Below, one piece after another: positions 1 to 64,000 of a stretch of 64,000 nucleotides of DNA. The stretch is from Hormiphora californensis (Eukaryota; Animalia; Ctenophora): assembly GCA_020137815.1 (NCBI GenBank), contig CM035352.1:4216001-4280000 (forward strand), written 5' to 3'. The translations under genes and the position numbers were made by a program. The stretch's first letter is position 1. The number at the start of each line of letters is the position of its first letter. Below the pieces are notes generated by a model. That model searched no databases, had not been told where the DNA came from, and was given only the letters and a program-made list of their open reading frames with translations.

Positions 1-797
1 AGGCAGTCACTTACAGACTTGGCTGTTTTACTGGAGTCGTTAACGCCGCAAGAAATAAGCAGCTTATGCACTCTCTCACGGGGTTGTGATTGGGTGGGGG
101 TTTGTTGCTGGGTTTGTTTAGTTCTAGCCTGGGGATGAGCTTGGGGTTGTGGAGCTGCGGCAGTTGAATCAATTGCACTTGTGGCAGGTGTATTGATGTT
201 CAAAGCATCCGAGTAGTTTGCTCTGTTACCTTGGGGAGTAGCAATGTCTGTAGGCGCGTTTTCAGCTCGAGTGTGTTGCTGGGTGACGGTTTTAGTAGGA
301 GCAGTTGCAGTAGAGGCGAAGATGCGGGCAGCGTTTTCAGCTATTTTATTGAATAATGCGCTGTCGGGTTGCATCAGTTGGGCGAAAACTAGACAAACAG
401 GGCAAGACCAACCAGGGGCGTTATAAACACCATCGGTAATAGGGATGGACCCTTTTGCAATAGAGAGGAAATTAAGGCCAACGCAGTCTGCATGATAGTG
501 AGTATTGCAGGAATAGCAGTGTACGAGACCAGAGCTACCGGGTTCAGTAGGGTTTTTGCCACATAGGCATTTCCTTGACGCCGAGGTGAGTATATGAGGC
601 GTTTGGGTTGGGTCGCTCATGATGTTGGGAACGGGACTTGGGGTGGAGAATAGTCCGGGTGTAGTCCCAGGGTTACATTGGGGGTCGATGTTTTTACGTA
701 CCGGTGTTGTAGTGAAACTGATCTCAGAGAACTCTTTACCGTTCCGTAGTCCGCTCGTCAACTCAGGAGTTGGACTGCTTCTTTGGCCGTCCATCAT
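1..797 (-). CDS. PHD-finger ORF running off the window edge; probable ORF1 of a CR1/L2-type non-LTR retrotransposon
   Basis: Uninterrupted frame from ATG 797 to base 1: KCLCGK..LVHCYSCNTHYHADCVGL..GWSCPVC (C4HC3 PHD), then a T/P/Q-rich linker. Intronless, unlike most host genes here. Absent from the ORF track, presumably because it lacks a stop in the window. Confidence 0.7.
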   Translation of the reverse strand, partial: MMDGQRSSPTPELTSGLRNGKEFSEISFTTTPVRKNIDPQCNPGTTPGLFSTPSPVPNIMSDPTQTPHILTSASRKCLCGKNPTEPGSSGLVHCYSCNTHYHADCVGLNFLSIAKGSIPITDGVYNAPGWSCPVCLVFAQLMQPDSALFNKIAENAARIFASTATAPTKTVTQQHTRAENAPTDIATPQGNRANYSDALNINTPATSAIDSTAAAPQPQAHPQARTKQTQQQTPTQSQPRERVHKLLISCGVNDSSKTAKSVSDC

Positions 798-1959
798 CTT
801 CACGACTATCGATGTCGACTTACAGAGACTATCAATATCGGGTCTCTCGTCAGATAGGTTGGCTTATGTTACGGGTTCGTCACCTCCCCCGTAACTTTAT
901 TTGCTAGATGCCATCACCTATCTCAAATTAATTTGTTTAAAGTAGTGTTGAAAAGTTTGAAACTATTCCAAAAAGATGTTTTAAGTTTTTAAATTTCATG
1001 TAGGGCGGAAAGCTGACGGCTGTAAACCTTGCTTTAAGAGCGTTTCCGCCGTTTTTCTTAGTGGCCATACGCACAGCGCCCCACATGCGTCGTTCCCAGC
1101 GTCCAAAACCAACAATGTGTGCTTTTTCGTGCGTTTTGGACGCTGTGAACCACGCATGGGCTACGCTAGAACGAAGCCAATATGACGGAGCACCACTATT
1201 ATACGCATAAGGCAGCGCTTTTCAATCCAAAAACGGAAAAAGTCACAAAAAAGTTACAAAAAATATTTCTTAAAAATTTTTTTTTTTTATTTGTCCCGCG
1301 CGGCGTCGGCGAGCCATTGCTAAAAAGCGCGTCACGGTTAAGCAGCGCCTTCTACAAAAACTAGCGCCTCACGTTTCAAGTCATACAGTTTTCGCCTGTT
1401 TAGGGAGCTTTTGGCACAGCCAGACACTGACAGCACGGGTGAGTGTTGTACTACTTCATTTTACATCATATTTTGATATTCAGAAAGAAACTGATTTCAA
1501 CAGCTTAGGAAACGTAAACTCATTTGTTTACAATTACACATCACAATATTTTGCACTGCTTAAACAATCTTCAACTTATCAAATTTCAACTGTTCCAATT
1601 CCAATTATACTGCAGTTATACCGGGGAGATATATAACCCGGCATTAAACTGATGGATTTTAACAAACAAACAAATGAAAACAGTTCACGTACATTCTGTG
1701 TGACTTTGGCAAACTTGTCAGATGTAGTTTGTAATTACACCGGACCACTAATTTCAGAAAATTAGAAAAGGACCAGGTACAAATGACAATGGCCAACCGT
1801 ACAGAAGAAAAAGTATTACTAACTGTACTCTTATTTTATAATCACTCTCAATTCATGATCAGTTTACTCAAAGTTTAAACTGTTTAAAGAATTTCAATCT
1901 TATATCTGCTGAATACTAATAACTCTCGGTGTATAAATTAATGAGAACACACTTGTGTA

Positions 1960-2032
1960 CAGTTGGATCCCGATTTACCGGGGGGATGCTCGGAGGGGAA
2001 GTGTTTTTTCCCGGTAAATCGGGGTCCGACTG
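1960..2032. mobile_element. Tiny pogo/Tc1-like MITE
   Basis: TA|CAGTTGGATCCCGATTTACCGGG...CCCGGTAAATCGGGGTCCGACTG|TA. Related copies or fragments near 4950-5035, 20775, 34645-34738 and 36598-36740. Confidence 0.7.
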
Positions 2033-2642
2033 TACTACATATTATAAAGGGAAAAAACAATAACACAGTTTTATGAAACTGGTAGATATGGTTGTTGAGC
2101 CAAATAAATTAATCCATTCATTAAAGCTGCAAGAGCAGTTATACTTCCTCAACTGCTAGAGCAGTGCTTCCTCAATCACTCACTATTTATCTTTCACTGA
2201 ATATATGCAGATCTCCGAACTAGCAGCAGTAGGACTGCAAGTATAGTTTCACATCATCATCGTTGAGTGCAATCCAAGAAATAATATGCTTTAGAAGGAA
2301 AATCGATTAATATATTACTATCGTCCACGTGGTTGAACCACTGGTTCATTAGGGTTCATTAGGGTAGGATCTGAACTCAGTAATTTGCACAATAAATATC
2401 ACTGTCATTTGGTTGCCCCATCATTCTCTCTTATATCTCTCACTTTCTGAAACACCACTTAACATTGTCTCCAATTACTATGCTGAGATGATGAGTTTCT
2501 GAGTTTCTCTCTGTTTATGGGGGCGCTGGAACAGAGTCTCTCTCTGTTTATGCACTGGAACAACTACACACACTTTTGTCAGCTCCCACCGTTCTTTGAA
2601 GCAGTTCAAGTATTAATTTTGGTAGAAAAATAAAAAGCATTT

Positions 2643-56683
<54,041 letters not shown>

Positions 56684-56934
56684 CCTTCTCTGTTTTACGG
56701 TTTCAATAACATACTGCTAACTTGGGGACTTGGAATTAGCGAGATTATAATGTCAAACTTGGTTCGAATAGGTCGAATAGGTCGGGGGACTAATAATTGA
56801 GGTCTGTGGCCCTTTCTGCAATGGTGTGTATGTAGAAGAGAGAGTTATAACAAAGAAGGAAATGGGTTACTGAATGTACGAAACAAGGAGAATAGGAGGA
56901 GGGTGAAACAGATGGCAAAAGAATGGAAGTGAAT

Positions 56935-56979
<45 letters not shown>

Positions 56980-57256
56980 AGGAAGAAAGAGAGGGGAGAG
57001 AGCTCAGTGCAGGGCATAATAGGTAGGAAAGAAAGAAGCCATATCTTTAATAAATAACAGGGAGTATACAAATACACATATAATATAGGAACACAATACA
57101 CTGTACACAATAAACACTCTGGTAAAAATACTGGGCAACCTGTAAACTTTAAAACTTCCAACACAACTAGCAACCCGTCCACGACCGGCAGTGAACAATG
57201 AACATCACATCTAAACATGACCTTTGATTCTAAAAAGTCACGTTCGGATGTGATTT

Positions 57257-58030
57257 TCACTGTGCTTCCTTTTTAGCGGCGATCCCCGTAAAATGATTGC
57301 CCAACAACCCGGAGAACTCCCTAATGAACTCCTTCATTTCAGCGTTATCCCCGTACTTCCTCGCTGCCTCTTGGGGATTCGACTGAAACTCCCCAAATGC
57401 GGCCATGAACTGCGGATTTGCAAGTTTTGTCCGTAACGATTCGCTTTTCGTAATGTTTGAAAATAAGTCTTCGTTCATCCATTCGTCTGTTTGTGCAGAG
57501 GGGGAGATATATTAGCGGGCATTTAGTGTAAACCACATATTACAGTGCAACAGATAATAGTATTGAAAGAGCTTATTGCAATTAACTTACCAGTGTTTTT
57601 CTCCAGGAAACTATTAGCGTTGTTCATTTGATCTTGAATTTCTTTTATCTTTAAAGACTCCTTCTTCGCCTCAGGATTCGATCTTACTTCGGTAACTTTG
57701 GGCGTGGCCTTCATTTTACTTGGTCCACCTGTAGTAAGATTAGACCATTAGCTGCATCTAGACACAGTTAACTGTCGATCAAACAAACTTACCAAATAAA
57801 AAGCCTTTCCTCATACCACCGTAACCCTTTTCTACTGTCGTATTTTTCTTTGGGACTACCGACTGTGATTTGGACTGTGTACTTTCAGCAACTTTTGGTT
57901 TCTCAACCTCAACCTTTTGGTAGGTAACTTTGGCTGTGTTGTTCTTTATTTTATCCTTTTTTCGTTGGATTTTCTCCACAAAATCGGTCATATCCTCCAG
58001 CGGAGGGGGACATTCCTCGTCAGAAGACAT
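57257..58030 (-). CDS. Small STI1/HOP DP-domain protein (~200 aa, 3 exons), putative co-chaperone-like
   Basis: Exons 57793-58030 (MSSDEECPPPLEDM..GMRKGFLFG), 57591-57728 and 57257-57486, in phase with GT-AG. The C-terminal LANPQFMAAFGEFQSNPQEAARKYGDNAEM is an STI1/DP-type repeat. Confidence 0.8.
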
Positions 58031-58486
58031 GGTACAGCTACAAGAATTATTATTATTTATCAATACCCTGCCATTCACCCAGATGTTTTTGGAAAGCAAA
58101 AAGGCATAACAGGGTTAGAATTCGAAGATGACATTTTGGTGTACTAAATAAAACGGTAGACGGATAGGGAAGGGGGAAAATACATTGACGTCTGAAATGA
58201 GTTGTCTTGAGTTGAGTGCATTTGTCATCCTGATGATTTTGTAGAGAGCGAGAGAGATTTGTGGGGTTGGAGGGTAAAAGAAGTCACTAGCCATTCCTTG
58301 ATCGAGTTGAGAAAGGCAAGGAAATGGAAGGAAAGGCATGGGTTGAAGGAAAGATAGGGAAATACAAAAAAAAGTATTTAAATTTAAAAAAAGTTTATTA
58401 TGAAAAGAAATTACATAACATAGATAAATATAAGATAAAAGCCTTGAAAAATAAATCATTTAAATTCAGTCTCCATTAAAAAGTGT

Positions 58487-60143
58487 TCAACATCCCAAAG
58501 TGTGAGACGTTGCAATATTCTCCTCCTCCTCCAAGTTTTCCTTCATTAAGCATTTTTCCAAATTCCTCCTAGTCATTGAAAAGGGTCTCTTTCCCGAGCA
58601 AGGCCAGGTGGAATGTACTATGCTGATCCAATTATTTCTAGCCAGAGTTGCTAGTGTCCCATCTAACGGATTCAACTCTCTATTTTCCTCATCCTCTTCT
58701 TCACGTTCCTTTGTCAGCAGAGCAATGAATTCACAGCAAAGGTCAGCATTGGTACTCTGCTCCACTGCCTCTGCTAACAAAGGCAACACGTCCTTGTCAC
58801 AGAGTAAAAAGTTGAAGTTTTCAAGCCAGTAGATAAGCAGAGGGATGTGATTTTTAAGCATCAAAACAGCTAGCATCTGTTTGATAAACTCACCAGTAAG
58901 ATCATATTGAACTACCACCGCCATTAGCAAATCCAGATGTGCTCGTTTTGTCGTTTCTGCAATTAGTTGCGGCAACCGGAACTGGAACTTTAGTTTATTT
59001 TCCGGGGTGCATGACAGGAAATAATCCAAAAGAGATGCATCGGCATGCTTTACCATTGTGTCCAAAGCCAGCAGAGCATAGTTCCAATATGCGTTGAAAT
59101 CTTCTGTTGGCTTTGGCAAACGTTTCTTATAAAATTCAAGACACCCATCCTTCGCCCAATCAACTTTGAACACAGCAATCATTTTTACAAAGTCGCTAAA
59201 CACCATAAACTCGGTAGACTCATTGAGTTTTTCTAGAACCCCCGAGTAGCAAGCATCGATAAAAATTCGGGCGGCTTCAGGCTCAAAGTCAGAGACATCG
59301 TGATCAATTTCCCCTTCCTCTTCAATTAGATTCTTCAGGATCGGTGAATTGCGAGCGAGGATGTAGGAGTTCAAAGGAATACTGGTATCATCTCTTAGCA
59401 ACATGGTGTTGTTTCCATGGGCTGGTAGGGAAAGATATTCTCGCCCAAAGTCGACTCCAGGATATGACTCATGATCGACGATGAAAGTTACATCAACAGT
59501 AGAGTCAACATCATGATTGAGGTTGAAATTAAAAAACTCTCCCAGGTATCTTGTTTGCTTGAAATTTGTACTTTCCTTGATGACCATGAGCACAGCACAT
59601 TTCAAACTTTCGAGGGTACCAGTTTGTGTATTATAGCATTCAACTTTAAACTTAGTTGAACGAATCAGGCTTTTCAATGTGTGCTAACCAAGTTTTCCCA
59701 TTAGCTGCGTGACTCGTATACAATACGTTATTGTTCAAACTACCAATGTTCAATCGTCGCTGAAACATCACCGCGGATGACATTGCAGGTAGTATTGGTT
59801 CGATAGTGGTATCTCCAGTCGATGTGCTGTTTATTGTTACAATGGCAGTTACATCGATAAGTTTTCTTTCGTCTCTCCTCATAAACTGTAACCAGCCGCG
59901 ACAAGGACGCCGGTCGCCAGTAACGGAGAAATCTACCGATCCCTCCATCTGCTTCGTTGTACCAAGTTCATTACTTTCCAGAGAAAATTTCGTGCTACAA
60001 CTCCACCCATCAGTTGAGTTTTCAGACTCACAGCATAAAAATAACCCGAAGAAGTATGGATCTTCAGTCCTCACCATGATACTCCATAGAAACCCGTGGA
60101 GCAGTTTTTTGTCGCTGTAATTTTCTGAGGATGATGGTTCCAT
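58487..60143 (-). CDS. MATH (probably tandem) plus BTB domain protein, Cullin-3 adaptor type; split by a 1-nt frameshift near 59655
   Basis: The upstream ORF has MATH motifs (HGFLWSIMV..FFGLFLCC..WSCSTKFSL..GWLQFM, then GKTWLAHI). The overlapping downstream ORF continues into BTB (IPLNSYILARNSPILKNL..DVSDFEPEAARIFIDACYSG). No introns needed. Confidence 0.75.
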
Positions 60144-60764
60144 GGAACTGAAAACTCTACAGTAAAAGATTGAGCCATCGGTTACCTGGAAAACTTTATG
60201 AGCAAATATTAGCTTCATGATTTATTACCATGATGTATTTACTTTAGGAACAAGAATAACCTGCATTATGTTTCATAATGCTATGTTTCCCCGCCAACCC
60301 TTATTTTCATAACCATCTAATGAGAAGGGCGAAGGCGGGACAGACATTTCTGATCATTGATATATCACTCAAACAGTATAGAACAAATCCTTGTGTTTTA
60401 GTAGCGCTAAATTGTGCACCACATTCCGGAATTGCGCGCCACACATTTTCTGAAAACGTTTCAATGAATTGGTTTATGAAGGAGCACGTTGTTGTGTGCG
60501 CAGCTCTGGTTGCTACACGTTGCCCCTCGCAACTTTAACGGGACATAGTAGGTGAACTTACTTTACATAGTCACTATGTCCGTTACAGATTTCTAAACCA
60601 CTATGTCTTTTTGCAAAAGGCATACGGGTGAAGGCCTTCGGCATTCACTCGGGCGGGGAAAAAAATTATTTATAATATAACGTCTAGGCAAAACTTTGTG
60701 TAAAAATTTGAGAGTTTTTCTCAATTGTGTGAACTTTTATATGAAATAGATAAATCCACAGTAA

Positions 60765-61570
60765 ATCCCGGTAATCCCGGTCACGTATCCCGGTGTCCGG
60801 TCCGGTCGTTTTTTCACGTATCCCGGTGTCCGGTCCGGTCGTTTTTTCACGTATCCCGGTCCGGTCCGGTCCGATCGTTTTTTCACGTATCCCGGCCCGG
60901 TCCGGTCGAGAATTCCCCGTCCAGTCGGTTACTGACTCTGCTGACCAGTTTGGCAAACGCTGCTGACTCTAAAATGGCTGCACATAAAGTCGGATTTTTT
61001 GAAACTGTCACCCCCCTTTTCGTGTGTGGAATGTTTTTGCGCGTCACATCACATGTTAAAGTCCGTTTCAAGCGACTTGACCCGTAATTCTTGGAATTTG
61101 GCGCATTGCGCGTGTATACTCCATTTTTTTTCAACTGTTCACCCCCCAAAGTCGTGCGCGGAAATGTTTTGCGCGTCTATCACATGTTAACGTGTAGCGC
61201 GCGCAGCGTAAATTAAAATATCGCACGCGCACGAGTTGGAGGGTGAACAGTTGAATAAAAATGGACTTTATACTCCATTTTTTTTCAACTGTTCACCCCC
61301 CAAAGTCGTGCACGGAATTGTTTTGCGCGTCTATCACATGTTAACGTGTAGCGCGCGCAGCGTAAATTAAAATATCGCACACGCACGAGTTGGAGGGTGA
61401 ACAGTTGAATAAAAATGGACTTTATTTACAAAGGGGAAATCCTGAATTTCCAGGAATCTCAGGTCAAGTCGTTTGAAACGCACTTTAACGTGTGGTGTGC
61501 GCGTCAAAATGGATAAATTTCACATGCACGGTCATTTTGGGGTGACAGTTTCAAAAAATCCGACTTTAAG
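60765..61570. repeat. Composite repeat: ~28-33-bp CCGGT-rich tandem array, then an inverted-repeat element with a duplicated ~155-bp core
   Basis: CACGTATCCCGGTGTCCGGTCCGGTCGTTTTTT x~4; AAAGTCGGATTTTTTGAAACTGTCACCCC is inverted at ~61540-61568; the core is related to 5605-5782. Confidence 0.7.
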
Positions 61571-61745
61571 AATGGCTTCACAATTTCAACTTTTTCAATT
61601 GGCAAACGTTGCTGGCCCGGGATAAGGCAGTGGGATGAGGCAGCGCTTTTCAACTTTTTCAAGAAAATAAAAAATGAAGAAATAAAACAAGAAATCAAAT
61701 TGGCAAACGTTGCTGGCCCCCGATAGCGCGGGATAAAGGCAGTGC

Positions 61746-62606
61746 GGTAAGTCGGAAGAACCTGTCCGTTCCTCTCATGAGCGCTCATGAGTGTATCATG
61801 AGTGTGTCATGAGTGTATCATGAGTGTATCATGAGCGCTCATGAGACGTTTTTAGGTGTTTCAACGTCTCATGAGCGCTCATGAGTGTATCATGAGTGTG
61901 TCATGAGTGTATCATGAGCGCTCATGAGTGCTCATGAGACCTTGCTCATGAGCGCTCATGAGACATATGTCTCATCCCATCTCTGTTTCAATGTCTCATG
62001 AGCGCTCATGAGACGTTTTGACCTACATGTGCTCATGAGTGTATCATGAGACATGTCTCATGAGACATATGTCTCATGAGACGTTAGGGTTAGGGTTGGG
62101 TTTACGGTTGGGCTAGGGTTAGGGTTATCCTTTAGGTCTAGGGACCCGTAGGGATAGGGTTAGGGTTGACCCATAGGCTTGGACCTAGCCCTACCCTCTA
62201 CGGGTCCCTCGACCTAAAGGAATGCCCTAACCCTAGCCCAACCCTAAACCCAACCATAACCATAACCTAACGTCTCATGAGACATGTCTCATGAGACATG
62301 TCTCATGATACACTCATGAGCACATGTAGGTCAAAACGTCTCATGAGCGCTCATGAGACATTGAAACAGAGATGGGATGAGACATATGTCTCATGAGCGC
62401 TCATGAGCAAGGTCTCATGAGCACTCATGAGCGCTCATGATACACTCATGACACACTCATGATACACTCATGAGCGCTCATGAGACGTTGAAACACCTAA
62501 AAACGTCTCATGAGCGCTCATGATACACTCATGATACACTCATGACACACTCATGATACACTCATGAGCGCTCATGAGAGGAACGGACAGGTTCTTCCGA
62601 CTTACC
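61746..62606. mobile_element. Merlin-like palindromic MITE with 12-bp CATGAG repeats and telomere-like centre
   Basis: TIR begins GGTAAGTCGGAAGAACC; 8-bp TSD GGCAGTGC at 61738-61745 and 62607-62614; TTAGGG/CCCTAA-like repeats at ~62083-62271. Confidence 0.85.
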
Positions 62607-64000
62607 GGCAGTGCTTTTCAAGAAATCAGAAAAAACACGAACTTCATCAAGTTTTTGAACTTTTTTACTACTGCAAATGCGGCGTAAATGCATAATAAAT
62701 TTGCGCGGCACGAAAGAAAATGTAACGCGCGATGTAATTTACTGTTCATTGCATCAATCATGCATCACAAGTTCAATAAATTTAAAAAAATTTTATATCT
62801 TTTTATTTTTTCGTTTTAAAATGCAAAATTTGGATCCTGTTTGCGGCGAGCAGGGTCCAAATTTTGAGCAGTAGCTCACCTCTCAAGTCCTTTGTCAGCT
62901 TTTCACCCCCTCCCCATTTTCATTCTTTTAACGATACTTTCGGACTTCGGTTCTCGATAAAATCAGAGGCTTCCTAACGGAAAGTAATACACCAGAAAAT
63001 GGACTTCGCCCCTAGAGCATTGGCCCTAGTAAAAGTTTAAAAAGTAAGGCCCAGCATCTACAGAAACAATATATTGGAGTATTCAGTGACCGCGCTGGAT
63101 AAATTACCACAAGTACCACTCAAACTACAATAATGAAGATTGACCGCTTTAGAAAGATGTAAGAGTGGAGAGCGCAGCTAGTATCTAGCGTACGATATAT
63201 ACATCCTTTCGATAAGATCAATGGACAGTGAAGCCATCCCTATCCTTGAAGAAACAATTCATCGTGCCTAAGCCATTCGAAAGGATTATGAGAAACCACC
63301 TAGTAAATTGAAGAAAACAAAATCTTCATTGATGGCCCAACAAGGTTATCGATGAATCAAAAAACTGGAGCACGTATTCCACTCTTTTTCTTGTTATGTT
63401 CTAACCCTCCTATATATTTGTTTCGCGGGCGGGGCGCACGAAACACAGTATAGCTAGGCAATCTTTTTCAATGAAATATGTGACGGAAATGAATTGGATG
63501 GCATGGCCATTACGCCAAAGCAAACACACAGCAGGAAACGATTGGTTCTGGAATGTTTTTGTTCAATATGAGCTAACAGAGTGGGTTCAGTTAATCCTTA
63601 TCTGCTGGACAAATTCTCACACACTCATTGAATTCCGACCCCTTCTCTGTAAATAGACATGTGGACACATAGAGAGGATAATTAGTAGCATTTTCCTATA
63701 TCACATATTATGTTTTTATGCTGCATGGTCGAGGAGAGAAGGAGAGGAAGAGACTAGAGAAAGATGGAGAGAGAGAGAAATACTAGGTCAAATGAGCTAC
63801 ATCAAGGAAGTTGCAAAACGAATAAAATGAGTGTAGAGGAAAAAGGAGAAAGCGAAAGCGGAAAGTTCCTTCCGTTACACGTCCATCAAGGAATCTGCAC
63901 ACGATTGTACTTGACTTGTACAGGAACCCAGTTTTCTGTCCACGGAACACACACCGTTTTCACCATCAAGGCATAGCACAAAATCGTATGCCCGTTTGAC

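Noticed and set aside
62083-62271. True telomere or chromosome fusion site
   Set aside because: Short, degenerate and embedded in a TSD-flanked MITE.
62999-63345. Plus-strand gene or pseudogene
   Set aside because: Coding-like composition but several stops and no recognisable motif.

Overview
Eukaryotic, intron-rich animal DNA. A compact invertebrate genome such as a ctenophore is plausible but is inference only. The backbone is a ~54-kb minus-strand ASK1/MAP3K5-family kinase gene (CDS 56683->2643) that can be spliced together by eye almost completely. One 19-kb ASK intron (17626-36800) contains a complete antisense multi-exon TRIM-NHL E3 ligase gene (RING, B-box, coiled coil, acidic linker, NHL; 20303-35639) that the ORF track does not show as a gene. 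Another intron holds an intact APE-RT-RNaseH non-LTR retrotransposon inserted, with a 10-bp TSD, into one arm of a foldback element. Upstream, a MATH-BTB gene and an STI1/DP-domain gene lie in tandem with ASK at ~0.5-kb spacing. The left edge holds a PHD-finger ORF typical of a LINE ORF1. Introns are filled with (AG)n tracts, MITE families (mariner-, pogo-, hAT- and Merlin-like, plus tiny TTG..CAA elements with 8-bp TSDs, one carrying a T-shaped hairpin) and minisatellites that repeatedly amplify splice signals. Several stretches look like low-accuracy sequence, so isolated frameshifts are probably errors.
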